64,000 bases of DNA. Origin: Amoebidium appalachense (taxonomy: Eukaryota > Protista > Ichthyosporea). Below the pieces are notes generated by a model, which was not told the origin of the DNA, searched no databases, and saw only the letters and a program-made list of their open reading frames with translations. Shown piece after piece: positions 14,202 to 28,201 of this stretch. The stretch lies in NCBI GenBank assembly GCA_963693365.1, contig CAVNZM010000005.1:3967716-4031715 (forward strand). The letters are read 5' to 3'. The position numbers and the translations under genes were made by a program. The stretch's first letter is position 1. Every line of letters begins with the position of its first letter.

Positions 14202-15095
14202 CAAGTGCGTGCACACAGACCCGATTGCACGTGCTCGTGTTTGTGCGAGTGTGGATTGCAGTACCGGTATCCACACACACACAACATGAACACAACTGTG
14301 TGCTATCACACCAAGACTAGCACGTAACTCTACAGGGAACAGCCATGCAAGTCTTGGGTGGGAAGGGACGACATGAGCACCCTAAGCACAGGTTAAGGTG
14401 ACTGAGACTCGAACATTAACAGATCACAACTTTGTCTAGTTATGAATTTATATCTGAAAACCATATATTTATATCGGCACATGCAAGATGGGTAGGGGCG
14501 ATTGTGTGCCTGTTGTGTGTGTGTCTGTGTCTGTGTCTCTGTCTGTGTGCATCTGTGTGTGTGTGTGTGGTAACGGCTCTCCTCACACACGTACCCAAAA
14601 TAGCAACAGGACAGCAACCTTGTTGACCTTTCATATCAAGCATGATTTGCACAACCAACTATTTCTTATAAAAACATAGCAGTAGGACGTTTTTGTGCCC
14701 AAGATTATAAACACATAAGTACTTCATGATTCACGAACGCACGTGTATTTGACGCAAACTGTGCCAACAAAGTCCTGCTGTTCCGTCATCCGTTTATCTC
14801 AATGTGTGTGTGTGTGTGTGTGTGTGTTTAAAGCACAATTCACAACCGGTGCACTGGGGTTGCCACAGAAGGGTTATCAAGTCAATTCTAATATGCAAGT
14901 CAGGCATGCTGAAAAAAGACCTTCGAACAGTTGCTCAAGCGGGTAGTGTGTGTGAATTGACATTCTTCAAGCACAGTAATACGCTAGGCCGTTATGACTA
15001 TAAAAACAAACCCTTGGTGTCGGTCTCACAGAGTTTCCGAACCAAAACACGAGCCTTATCCGTTCCTGTCCCTACTACAAGAAAGTTTTCTTACC

Positions 15096-15869
15096 CTACA
15101 TAAACTCCTTCATGTCTGTCATCATGTTATCCAGCGTGTTTAATTTGGTATTCAGTGATACCTGAGACGACCTCATCAGCGCCTCCTCATCCGCTTTGAC
15201 GTTGCCAAGAGGTCCCTTCTTTTTCCCGTCAATCAAACCCTTTCGAGTTGTCAAGGGAGAATCAGAGGTCAACTTATCGAACATGTGTTCGAAATCGTTA
15301 AGCAAATCCTGTCCAAGCTGTGTGACGACGTCTTCGTAGTTGTTCGCAAGGGGCGTCTTGCTATCAGCCTCCGCGGTTGCAACAACGGGGGTGGGAGCGT
15401 TCATGTTTTGCTCCTCGAAGATGGATTTAACAACCGTCTCGGGTGAGTCTTTCTTGGGCTGTTCGGGAATGTCACTAATCTTCGGGTTAACAGAGTGGGT
15501 AGGGCCACAGACACCGTCCAAACTAGTAGTAGACGCTAGCTTGTTCGTGCTTCGTGACTTATTACCCGTTACCAAGTGCGCGAGAGTCGAGAGCGACGAC
15601 TTGCGTCTGAGTTTCCCCTCTTGTCTTGGCTCATCGTGGTGTGCCTCTGCATGCGCATGTTCTTTGTGCTGCTCCTTGACCGCCCCAACGTTTTCTGTAC
15701 TCTTGCTCTTGGAAATTACGCTAACCAACTTGGCAAAGCTGGACTTGCGGCGGGGGTTGGGGGGAGGGGCAGCACTTGCCGCTGAAGCAATCTCTGCCTT
15801 ATCCATTTCTAGGGCTGCAACACTTCTGCGCTTTTGTGGTGTGTGGGATGGAGAGATGCTAAGTGTCAT
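15096..15869 (-). CDS. Uncharacterised 257-aa protein: disordered, with repeated RRKSS motifs and C-terminal amphipathic helices; single exon
   Basis: Long microsatellite-free ORF with aaacATG start context and protein-like composition. I recognise no domain. Confidence 0.8.
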   Translation of the reverse strand: MTLSISPSHTPQKRRSVAALEMDKAEIASAASAAPPPNPRRKSSFAKLVSVISKSKSTENVGAVKEQHKEHAHAEAHHDEPRQEGKLRRKSSLSTLAHLVTGNKSRSTNKLASTTSLDGVCGPTHSVNPKISDIPEQPKKDSPETVVKSIFEEQNMNAPTPVVATAEADSKTPLANNYEDVVTQLGQDLLNDFEHMFDKLTSDSPLTTRKGLIDGKKKGPLGNVKADEEALMRSSQVSLNTKLNTLDNMMTDMKEFM

Positions 15870-16779
15870 GTTTGGCTAGTTTAGGCGAACGCTCACGTTC
15901 GCAAACCCACTACAACTTTAGCACCTAAAATAGCGCTTTTTCTCCGCTACACACACAGCCCTTTTCGACAGAAAAACTGCAAAAATCTCTTGCTTGAAAC
16001 ACTATCGCGCTATTAACTTCGTTGGTGCATTTGTTGAAATGGTTCCGTTATCGAAGCGTGGCTTGAATGACATCCGTTTCTGAGTGGCTCGCAGTTTTTT
16101 ATCACCAAGATCTGGGGCATGGCTCCTAAGATCCGTGATCTTGAGCAGAGCTTCGGTAAAAAAGCTCCCCGGATAACATTTTTGGTTTACATGGTAAACA
16201 CTTTGGAAAACGGTTGTATAATGTTATTATTAAGGGGAAGACATATCTGGTTGTAATACTTCTCTGGATTAGTTTCTGAATACCGTGGCAGTGGCAGTGA
16301 CTGTATGAAGAAAAAATATAGACCATGTAAACCCTGCCAAGACAGTGAAATTATAATTTTATCAAATTTAGAAATTTTGGTTATCTCAATCTCACATTTC
16401 ATTCCCGACGGAGCGGGAGGGTCTATTTACTCTTCGAATATGAAAGCCGAAAAAGAAAAAAGAAAGCAAAATCGTGTATCTAATACTAAAAAACATAAAT
16501 ATAGCAATACTGCTGCAGGTTGCTTTAACTTTTGGGGCCTTTGGCTTAGGCCCACGAGCATGTGTAGCGGGACAGTTCCACTTGGGACGACGTCGTCACC
16601 CTTCAGCAAAGTCCAGGGGGATCAGTGCCCAGCCCCAAAGGCCAATCGCTTGAGGTAGCTGGCCTCTTGCTTCTGTGATATTTATCGAATAGTTGAGTGT
16701 TTATATACATATTAGGAGTTAGATCCAATCGAGTTCTAGAAATATAAAATGATATCGAATCAGAAATGCCTTAGCTGGA

Positions 16780-17130
16780 CGATTTGTGATTGGTCAGCCA
16801 GGTCACCACCTGTGACATCATAGGGGTTTGAAATAATAAGGGAATAACCAACAAAGTGTCAGATCATGAATCCAAATCATAGTAGGGGGAAAAGAAATAG
16901 GAAATATATGCACACACACACAGACACACATTTTGTTGGTACAGAGGATTCACATACTCGAAAAAACACTGTGGAGATTCGGAGGCATGAAAGTGGTCGT
17001 AATGGGGGTGATATACCATACAGGGCTATTATTTTCAGAGTTGATTTGGCCAATCAGCGCCCTTGTTTGCATTTTCCAAAATTTCCAAATCATTGAATTG
17101 CCGGCCATGAGTGATGACGTCACTGCTAGT
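16780..17130. promoter_or_regulatory. Candidate promoter elements between the divergent orphan and RhoGAP genes
   Basis: Reverse CCAAT (GATTGG) at ~16788, GCCAATCAG at ~17049 and CRE palindrome TGACGTCA at 17115-17122, in a repeat-poor intergenic region. Motif matches only. Confidence 0.3.
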
Positions 17131-17712
17131 CTAGACATCGTTTCTCTAACCCGTAGTTTTAATTGATTTCACCCAAATTTCGTAAGAGGCATCTCATCTG
17201 TTCTCGTGAGGATGACCTCAGTACCAGCGGATTAATAAATGTAGACCTTGAAAAAGTTGGCGCTTCAGAAAAGAACGGCAGCACGGGAAGACAAAAAGTC
17301 GAGTGAAACAAACCTCAGATGATAATAGTTCGGCCATAGAGATTTTTGAAAGGTGAAAAGTGCCAAGTTAAGTTGCCCGCCTTTTTCTAGCGGCTAAGCA
17401 GATAGCGTTCTTCCTTCGCTGGCACAAAAGTATAGGTGTAGAATAAGGCCCCCTCCCCCTCAACCTCGCTCCCTATTCATCCCCGCCCCCCTCGCCACTC
17501 CCCCCCTCCCTCGCTCTCCCTCCCTCCCTCCTTCCTCCCCTCCCCCTCCCCCCCCCGGACACACACACACCTACCCACCCACTTTTCTCCCTCCGTCCCT
17601 CTCGAGTTTTGCCACTTCGACGTGGTCGCAAGGTGACAGGCACAGAACGACACAGTTTGAGTGACTTTGAGCTGTGTCAAGATCCTGGGCCATCGAACAA
17701 CAACAACAACAA

Positions 17713-18237
17713 ATGAATAAAGCATGTAAGCGCTCTGCCCCGGCTTCACATTTTCTTCCACGTGGCCCGTTTTCTGTCCCGTTTCCATTATCCACTTTTT
17801 TCCTTAACCACTTCACCCTGCATACTGGATCCCTGAGTGTAGTGACCGCCAAACTGATGGTCGGATGCCTTCTATGCTAATCCTTCTCAGGATTATTCTA
17901 GATCCTTCGTCTCCTTGCCCCTACCGCCTTTTGCCCCCTTCTCCCTTCCTTCCATTACCTCCCCCCCCCCCCCCCCCCCCCCCTTTCCTCCCTCCCTCCC
18001 CCTCCCCTTCCCCACACTCCACACACACACACATGTACACACACCGTTTGCCTCCCCCACCCTGTCTTCCCCATGGGTTGTAGCTTACTAGCCCAAAGGT
18101 CGTGCCGATGAGTTGTGCACTTATCCTTACTGGTTAGTCATATCCTGCCGCCGCTGCATCGGTTCTGCAATAATCCCCTCCCCTCCTCCCCTCCCTCCCC
18201 CCTCACCCCCTCCGCGCCTACCACTCGGCAATTTTCC

Positions 18238-18268
<31 letters not shown>

Positions 18269-18980
18269 CCCTCCAGCATTCATCCCCCTGCCCCCCCTTC
18301 CAACCCCTTCTCCCCTTTTGACAGAGGTTCCTTTTCCACTTGCTGCTTTTTCTTTCGTTGCTGGCAGCAAACTAACTCCTAGCACACGTGCTGATGCATA
18401 ACTCTGCCCCCCTGCCTGGCAGTTGGCTTTGGGAAGAAGGACAAACATGACAAGGACAAGGAAAAAATCGAAACCAGCGCCAAAAATGAGACACTCATGC
18501 TCAAGCTGGCTGTGTCCGATGCAAAGGGGGTATGTGCCACATTGATCTGGCTGAGCTCGAGCCTAGTGTTGTGAATTATGGAAAATTACTCCCCTCCCCC
18601 TCCCCCCCCCCCCCCCCCCCCCTGCTGTCTGCCCATATCCTTAGACCGCATGTGTGCCTTTCTAAAAGCCACCTCCTTCCGTCGGTCCCTCCCTCCCTCC
18701 CTCCCCCCTTCCCACTCCTCCCCCATCCCGTCCCTTCCTGCCTCCCTCCCTCCCTCCCTCCCTCCCTCCCTCCCCCCTCCCCCACTCACGCCACCACCTC
18801 CGTCCCTGCATCCATCCCTCCCTGTGTCCCTTCATCCTTTTTCCTCCCTTGCTCCCTCCCTTCTCCCTCCGTCCCTCCCTCCCCCTCCCGCCCCTCTCTC
18901 TCGCTCGCTCGCTTCTTCTCACTCTCTCCCCCGCCTCTCTCCTTCCCTCCCTCTCCCTCCCCTCCCCTCCCCCCCCCCCC

Positions 18981-19053
<73 letters not shown>

Positions 19054-19867
19054 TGTATATATCCCTCACGCTCTTGCTCTTGCTCCCCCCTTCTCCTCAC
19101 TTCCTCACTGCCTTATCTAAACATCTACCCTTTGCTAGCAACACCACCATCCATTACCCTCTTGTGCCCGCTGCTCACAGCCGCCCCCCTACCCCCTCCC
19201 CTCTTCCACCCCCTCTCCTTGCCGGAGTCCTTTTTTCAAGTTTTTTCGACAAAAGCTCCCGCACTATTCTTCTTATTCAGCAAAGCAGCTATATGCTTTT
19301 TGCGTTCTCTTCACTCTCTAGACCAGCACGGGGTGTCAAGCACATGTTTATAAAGAAGCAAATTCAAAAATGGGTCACCGGGGGAGGGGGGGAGGGGGGA
19401 GGGGATGGATGAGAACAAGCATTTCTAATGCTGTCCATGCCCCCCTCCCGCTCTCCTTCCCCCCCCCCCCCTTTCCCCCCCCTTTCCCCCCACCCACCAC
19501 CACCACCATCACTTGGTTAAAGGTGGTGGTGGTTGGGGGAAGGGAGGGGAGGGGGGGGGGGATGAAAGCACCCCATTCAAATGCTGTCTATTCCCCCCCC
19601 CCTCCCCCTCCCCCCCTCCCTCCCACACCACCACCACTCCTTTTGTAAACCCAACTGCACACACGGGCATGCATCCCCCCCCCCCCCCCCCCCCGGAAGA
19701 CAACGAACTCTAAGTCCCTCCGAACAAACACACACCCACGCACGCGCGCACACAGACACACACACACACCCAGAACCCCCCCCTCCACACACACACACCT
19801 CTGCATCCCCTCCCTCCCCCCCCCACACACACACACCTCCCCCACACACACACACATACCTGTGCGT

Positions 19868-19910
<43 letters not shown>

Positions 19911-20404
19911 GGTTTCCACTGCTTTTCTACGTGAGCAAACACCCACACCCACACAAATGTAGACCTGTCCATGCACACACCCCAAATACACTTGCGCACA
20001 CATACACACACACACGCACACACGCACACACGCACAGCTCCAACCTGCACTCATTTTTCTTTTAAATACAAGCATGATCATTACTTTTCACTCCATAGAC
20101 AATTTCTATTGACAATAACCTAGTTAAATTCGCACACTAACACAGTTTCTTACAGTTTGTACAAGGTGAACCCAAAGCAATGAGATTCGACAAGAAAGAA
20201 ACAGCAGGGGAGGTTTTGGCCCGAGGGTTGTCCAAATTCGATCTTACAGGGGAAGACTACCATCTGTTTAAATCCAGCGATGTGCAATCGAAACAGATTA
20301 AGGACTCAAAGGTGCTTGGCGATTGCAAATTGCAAAACAATGTGAGTATGTTGGTGGTGCTTGATTTGTCAGTGGGGTGTAGAGTTGTGCATGGGAAATT
20401 GTGT

Positions 20405-20447
<43 letters not shown>

Positions 20448-21082
20448 GGGGGGAGGGGGGAGGGTGTGGGTGTGTGGGTGTGGGTGTGGTGGTGGGTGTG
20501 GGTGGCGGTGGTGGTGGTGTTGTGTGGGGATAGGGGTGAGGGGGGGGGGGGGGGGGGGGGCACGGTGGTTTTGATGGTGGGGTGTGTGAGGGTGTGTGTG
20601 TGGGGGGGGGTGGGAGGGGGGGGGGGCTGACGGGAACTCTGGGGGGAGGGGAGGAGACAAGGAAGAAGGGGGGAGGGAGGGGGAGGAAGGCAGAAGATTG
20701 GGGGAAAGGGTGGGGGTGGGGGGCGGGGAGGGTGGGAGGGGGGGGGGGGGGGGGGGAGGAGAGAGAGAACGAGAGAGAAATTATGGGGGGAGGGAGGGGG
20801 GGGAGGAAGGCAGAAGATTGGGTAAAAGGGGGGGGGGGGGAGGGAGGGGGGGGGGGGAAGAGAGAATAAAAGAGAGAGAATGCAGGGGGCATGAAACCAA
20901 GTTAACATTTCTTTGATAAGAGGGTGTATAATGCACCCATTTGTGGGGAGGATGGAGTGCATGGTCCCCCCCTCCCTCACAAACACACACACATACACAC
21001 ACACTCATTTACCCACCAACCCACACACACACACACACGCACACACACGCACACACACACACACACACAGACAGACACACAC

Positions 21083-21132
<50 letters not shown>

Positions 21133-22310
21133 TCACCCCCGCCCCTCCCCCCCCCCCCCCCCCCCCCCCACACACACACACATGCAGGATATTCTCTAAT
21201 CCCCCCCCCCCCCCCCCCCTACACACACACACACACATGCAGGATACTCTCTACATAATACGCGTACCGAAAGAGGTGAAAGAACCCAAAGACAAAGACA
21301 CAAAAGACAAGAAAAGACCTGCCACACCCGTGCAACAGCTATCCGAACATTTGGTGTTTGGAAAACCTCTGCTTGAGGGGGCTAAAAACAATGGGGGTGG
21401 TGCGTATGTCTACCCGGCATTCGTAGAAAAGGCTTTGGCTTATGTCGAGAAACATGGTGGGTGCCCTTGCATCCCCTTGCACTGTGGTCTGTCGACTCTC
21501 TCTCTCTCTCCCCCCCCCCCCCCCCCCCTCCCATCCATCCATCCCAACCTCCATCCCCTCGTCTCAAGAGAAAGCGAGAAAAATGAAAGAACACAGACAC
21601 GCACATGCACACATTCACAGGCGCGGGCGCGCACCCGCGCACACGTCCACAACCGTGCACTCGCTCACATGTGCACAAGCACATGCATAAACATGCACAT
21701 GCACACACTCGCACACACACGCACGCTATCTCTCTCTCTCTCTCTCTCGCACACACACACACACACACACATACACGCACATACACATCCACAAACCGGG
21801 TCACCTCATCTATCATCCGATCGTCCACCATGATATCTGCTCGAATTTCACATATCTGTATATCCAGGAATGGATCTCGAGGGGATCTTTCGATTATCGG
21901 GCACTGCATCCGAGATAACTGCTTACAAGGATCGCCTAGATAATGGTGAGTTTGAGATCTGACGGATTTTTTGGTGCTGTCTGCAACATGCAACATTACG
22001 GCCATATCCATCTCATGTGGTTCATGCACATGTGGTTGTTTGGCTTCCCTCTTTCTTGTGATCTCGTCATTGCCCCCCCCCCCCTCCCCCCCCCCCCCCC
22101 CCCCTCCCCGCGCCCCCCTTTCCCCAATACTTAAAAAAATTTCCCTCGCCCATAGATCAACCCTCCCCCTCCCCCTGGGGGGCCCTAGTTCTTCCCTCTA
22201 ATCCCCACCCTCTGCCATCTTCTATGCCTGCCCTTCCTCCTCCGTGCCATTTCCCCATCCTCCTCCATCTCCCCCCGCCCCCCCCCCCCCCCCCCCCCCC
22301 ATGCCCTGCT

Positions 22311-22408
<98 letters not shown>

Positions 22409-22437
22409 TCACACACACACACACACATACACACACA

Positions 22438-22503
<66 letters not shown>

Positions 22504-23428
22504 ATACGCGTGCACAACGCCACCACTACCAGCACTAGTACCAACACCACTCCAACCCTTGACCCCCCACTCCACCTTCATCCCCCCGTCACTTTTTTGC
22601 TTTTCTATAGCCTACTTATAGTTTTGGGGCATCCAGTTCAGGCTTTAACCTTTTTTACTCCACTGAATGTCTAAACCCGCCAGGTGAGGACGTAGATTTC
22701 AGTGAGGAACGCAATGCGCACAATGTTGCCGGGCTGACAAAACTCTATCTGAGAGAGCTGCCAGAACCCCTGCTGACCTGGCAGTTTTTCCTACCTTTTA
22801 TGGCCGTGCAAGGTGTGTGTGTGGTGGGAGTGGGTGGGTGGGTCGATGGGCAGGTGGGTGGGTGGGGAATGGGTAGGGGTGTGTGTGTGTGCCCGCGCTA
22901 TGCACGGGTGCGCGTGTGGCGTGTGTGCCACGTGTGCATGTGATTGTCATGGCATGTGAATGTGTGCATGTTCAAGCTCCTTGATGGGGACCAAAGAAAT
23001 GTCTTTCATATGAATGGTAGGGATACAGGTACTAAGGGGGGGAAAGCAGGAGGGAGCAATCAAAGAAATTGAATGACCTCTTTGATGACGCCCAGGGGAG
23101 GGGGGGGGGGGGGGGGGGGGTGATGTTCTCTATAAAAGGCGTGCCTCTTTGTTCCCCAACATCCCACCTCACCAGAAAAAAAAAAAAGAAACCACAACTC
23201 TAATTATTTTTGCTCTCGGCTTCAGATGAACGTGATGAGGCCCGTCGTCTTGGCTATATCCGGGCACTAGTGGGGGCACTGCCACCACAAAACTACACCC
23301 TGCTCAAGCGCCTGTGTGGGTTTTTCCACCGTCTGGCTGACCACAGCGCCGTAACAAAAATGCACTATGAAAACCTGGCCACCGTCTTGGGTATGGTCGT
23401 GTGGGCCACCTGTATGTGTGAGCTATGT

Positions 23429-23459
<31 letters not shown>

Positions 23460-23531
23460 GGGGAGGATGGGTGGGTGGGTGGGTGGGCGAACGGGTGTGT
23501 GTGAGAGAGGGTGTGGGTGGTTGGTTGGTTG

Positions 23532-23578
<47 letters not shown>

Positions 23579-26025
23579 TGTCTGTCTCTGTATGTGTGCT
23601 CTACTTCAGTGTTTATATTCCGGTCGGTGTATATTGTTTTGTGTGGCCTGTCATCTCCGTACCTAAGGATGTGTATACATATCCATTTTGTGCACTGTGC
23701 ACATGTATCATTTATGTATGATGGGGCCAGAATGCATTCCCGCTCTCTCTTCGTGGTCTATGAGAGTGCAACACTATCAAGAGGTTATGCAGTGAACGCA
23801 GGCACACACACATGCACACACAGAGGTAGGTGCGTCACAGGTTGAAGTTGCATCTTCGTAGCTGGTAGCCCACCTGCTCTATCGCCTCCACATAGTAAAC
23901 AACACTGCATCTATTCCGCCCTCACATATTTTCACCACTATATATGGCTCGGTATATACCATATATAGGTTGTTTTTACCATACATGGATATCCCCTCAC
24001 CATGGCTAACGAATGAGCATGCAGGGCCCAACATACTCAAGCGGGAGGGTGAGACCATGCTCGACATCTTTGCCGGGGCTGCCCCCATCAACGCAATCAC
24101 CCACACACTGCTTGCAAACTACAACGACGTTTTCGAGGTCTGCCCCCCCCCCCCCCCCCCCCCCCCCCTCCCCTTCCCCGGCTCCCTTCCTCCTCCTCCC
24201 CAACTCCCCCTTTCCCTCCCTCTCCACACCCCCCCCCCCCCCCCTCCCCCTCCCCACCCTCTCTCTCTCTCTCTCTCCTCCCTCCCTCCCTCCCCCTCCC
24301 CCCCCCCCCCCCCCCCCTCCCCCCCTCCCCCCCGCCCCTCTCCCCACCGTTTGCTGTCAGCTCAATTCTAGTGACCGTGATTTCTTGTTCCAAACGGGTG
24401 ACCCATCAAAGTTCAAGTGAAGCTCTGTGTGAGTTGGGTTGTGCATGTGAGGTCAATGGGTTGAATGTCGGGTGCAGTGGTTGACTTGGTTAAATGGGAT
24501 GTGCATATGTTGCATACTCTGTCTGTTCGTTTTCTTGCATCATGCTGTATCCTGCACTGTGCTTATTTGTGTCCTCCCCCCCCCTTGTTGCCTATACAGC
24601 AAGTCTCTCAGATGGAGGGGTAAGGGGGGTTGAGGGGGTGTAGGGTGGGGTGAGGTGTATGGGGGAGAGAAAACACCATACACGCACAAGTTTTGTTCCT
24701 TCCATCCTGCCGACTTTGACTGCAGATGGATGTAAAAAAAAAAAAAAAAAAGGAATGGTTTAATGGGTATGTTCGTTTGGCTCTTGTGAAACTCGTGGCA
24801 GATTGGGATGTGAGTGCAGTTGGTGTATGGGTGAGTGGGTGAGTTTTTTTAATTACTTCTTTTTATTTTTTATTTATTTATTTATTTATTTATTTATCCT
24901 TTTTTTTTTTTTTTGTTTGGGGGGTGGGGGGGGGGGGGGGGGAGGGAGGGGGGGGGGGGGGCGGTTGTTGTTCTCTGGCATATGCAAAAGCAGTAGTTTA
25001 CTTTCTTTTTTGTGTGTGCAGAACGACCAACGCTACCCGGTGGTGTGTGTGGCCATCACCGAGCATGCATGGCTGCCTCAGACCCCTGACGAGCTGAATC
25101 TGAAGGAGGGCGATGTTGTGTTTGTCTACAATGACAGGTGGGCGTTGTGTGGATGGATGGGTGGATGGTTTGGGGGGAGGGAGGGGAAGGTGTGTGTGTG
25201 TGTGTGTGTGCGTGTGTGTGCGTGTGTCGGTCTGTCTGTGTGTGTGCATCTTTTTTCTTGTTGGTGCTGTGGATGCGACATGGGCCATAACCAAGCAGGC
25301 TTATATGTTTATCCATCAGGTTTGCCTTGTTGTCATCCCCGATTGTGCTAACTCATGTTTCCTTCTTAATAGATTTCCTTTTTTTTTTTTCCGGAAAGGA
25401 GGGGGTGGGGGGGGGGGGGGGAGGGGGGGGTTGGAGAAGGAGGAGGGGGAGGGGAGGGGGGGGGGGGGGAGTGAGTAAGAGAGAGAGAGAGAGAGAGGGT
25501 GACCTGTTGAATTACAGCCCGTATCAATAGTTTGGCCATGTTTGTTAGAGCTCAACCTCCTTTTTACTTTTAGCACATGGCACACTAGGGCACATACATA
25601 CCTGAACACACATATGCTCACCATGGTCATTTTCCATGCAGTAATGCCGATGGTTGGTGGGAAGGGTTTTGCAAGAGTGAATACGGATACTTTCCTGCAA
25701 ACTACGTAAAGGTGCGTTAATATTCCTGTATCTGTGATAGATTTGGATTGTCAGGTGTGGTATGTTGATTGTGCTGTCAATGAGGGCCATCTCTTTTGAA
25801 GGCCAGCTGGCAAGAGGAAAGGATGGAGTGTGCGTGTGTGTGTGGTGCGTGAGGGGGGAGGGAGGGAGGGAGGGAGGGAGGGAGGGGGGGGGGGGGGATT
25901 GTACACGATTTTAGGGGAGGAGGGCATAGACGAAAATGTTCCCATGAACGGCAAACCGACGGACAAACTCACGCATACAACCATGTGTCACACAGAGTAG
26001 CCCAAACCACAGATGTACTGACACA

Positions 26026-26115
<90 letters not shown>

Positions 26116-27250
26116 ACACACACACACACACACAGGTAATATGCAAGGTGCCAGAAGACCGAAGGCCGGAACTCCCACCACCCACGAGCATGGCGGAGAG
26201 ATACTCATCCATCGGCAGTGTGGGCAAGGATGAGCCCCATGCATACGGTACGCGCGCGCGCGCGTGTGTGTGTGTGTGCGTGTGTGTGTGTGTGTGTTTG
26301 TGTGTGTGTGTATGAGTATTTTTTTCTTTCTTTTCTTTTTTTTTGGGGGGGGGGGGAAGGGGGGGGGGGGGGTTGAGACGGTGTGAGGGGTATGGGGGTA
26401 GAGGTCGGGATGTGTGGGTGGGTGTTGTTGAGGGTGAAGTGGGCCAGTGGGTCTTTTGTGTGCATGTTTGTTGGCCGAACGTGTCGTGCAGGATGTGCGC
26501 CCATGTGCATTCGTCTACTTGCGTTGATGTTTCTTGTTCAAGCATTTTGATGGTGGTAGGTAGTGTTTTTAGTGCGTGGGTTTACAAGTTTGGGATGGAC
26601 GATGAACTGGGCGTGTGCTGTGAAGTATATGGACAAGGTGGACGTGCATGGTTACATGCTGGTGGTTTGACGTTTGGCCACAGACAGATAGATGTGTTTG
26701 TGCAAGCAGGTGGAAAAGATGTGTGGTTGACAACTTCATCATTTTTATTTTTATTTATTGTTTTTTCTTTTTGGAGAGGAGGAAGGCTTATCATTTTATT
26801 TTTTTATTTTTTTTTGAGGAGGAGGAAGGGGCATGGATTGGTGAAGTTTTTTCCCGTTTCATGTTTCCTGAATTACCACTGTGGTTGTGTAGACACGCAG
26901 ACAGAGGCACAAGAAACAGTTGCGGAGGAGCACGCAGCAGACGAACCGGAGGGAAACGGCGCTATGTTGGGTGAAAATCTATTGGTATGCCCAAATTCTT
27001 CTTTGCCCCACTTCTCCTCCTCCCCCCCCCCCCCCCACACACACACACACACCCAGACACACACACACACACACACACGCCCTTTAAGATACGCCCTTAC
27101 ACATGGGGAAAAAAAAAAAAAAAAAGAACAGCAGCACAACCACCATCCATGCTTATCCCCCCGCCCCTCCTGGCTTCCTGTTGTGGTCGTTTCTCGCTCT
27201 TTCTGTTGCGTGTGTTTGTACTTTGCATGTGATCTGTAGTGCAAACACCA

Positions 27251-27290
<40 letters not shown>

Positions 27291-28201
27291 CTCCCTCCCT
27301 CCCGCCTTCCCTTGTCCGTCATCTGGCCTCCCCCCCATCCTCAGGGCCTCTTCCCTGCTTCATCACCAAATGGCCCGACCCTCCCTTACCCCCTTCCACG
27401 CCCCTACTCTCTCCCTCCCCTCCCCTCCATTCCCCTCTGATACCCCCAGACTTTACAGCATCCACAGTTGTGCACACAGTGCACACACACACACACACGC
27501 ACAAAAACACACACACGGACCCCCCCTCACTATCCCCCCCCCCCCCCCCCCCCCCCCCCTCATTCCTACCCTCCGTCCTTTTATGCCACAGGAACCTACG
27601 GAAGAAGACATTCAAGCAGCCGAGGCCCTCCTCTCCACATGCGCGGATACAACACAAGCAACCAGCGAGCTCCGAGAGAGGGTAGGGGAGGAAGAGAGGC
27701 AGCGCAAGGAGGCAGAGGCGCAGATGACCGTGCTCATGCAGGCCACAGCTGACCTACAGGTCGATGTACGTCTTGGCATCACCATGCTCCCCCCCCCCTT
27801 TTCCCCCTCTCCTTTACCTCCCCCGCCACGGATGTTAAATTGAACCCCCCTCCCCCTCCCCCCCACCCCCCCTTCCCCGGTACACACACACAGGCGCACA
27901 CACACACACACACACACGGAGACCCGTTTAACCCTTTTTCCTACCCGCGACAACACCCTTAGCAATGCCAACACTCGCGGGCACGAATGAACACACAAGT
28001 GGGCACCCGATCATGATCTGAATAATCCCCGTATGCACGTTTTATGAATGTTTTTATATGCAGGAAGCGTTGCACCATGGTCTCTGTGAGTGCGTTTGCC
28101 GAAAACCTCCCAGGACCTAACTTCTCCTCTTCTCCTCTGGTTGCTGTTCAGCCAATGTTAAAGTTCCTTATGCCCATAAGGCCCTTCCCAAGCATGCATG
28201 A
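17713..28201 (+). CDS. Rho GTPase-activating protein: ubiquitin-like (talin F0/RA-like) + RhoGAP + SH3 + coiled coil; 15 exons
   Basis: Exons 17713-17725, 18423-18529, 20156-20341, 21243-21456, 21868-21945, 22684-22812, 23226-23390, 24025-24137, 25022-25137, 25642-25711, 26136-26247, 26893-26984, 27592-27766, 28064-28085 and 28152-28201 are all GT-AG and in phase. RhoGAP motifs: [14 protein letters not shown] (Arg finger), [30 protein letters not shown]3 motifs: [22 protein letters not shown]. The terminal exons are less certain. Confidence 0.9.
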
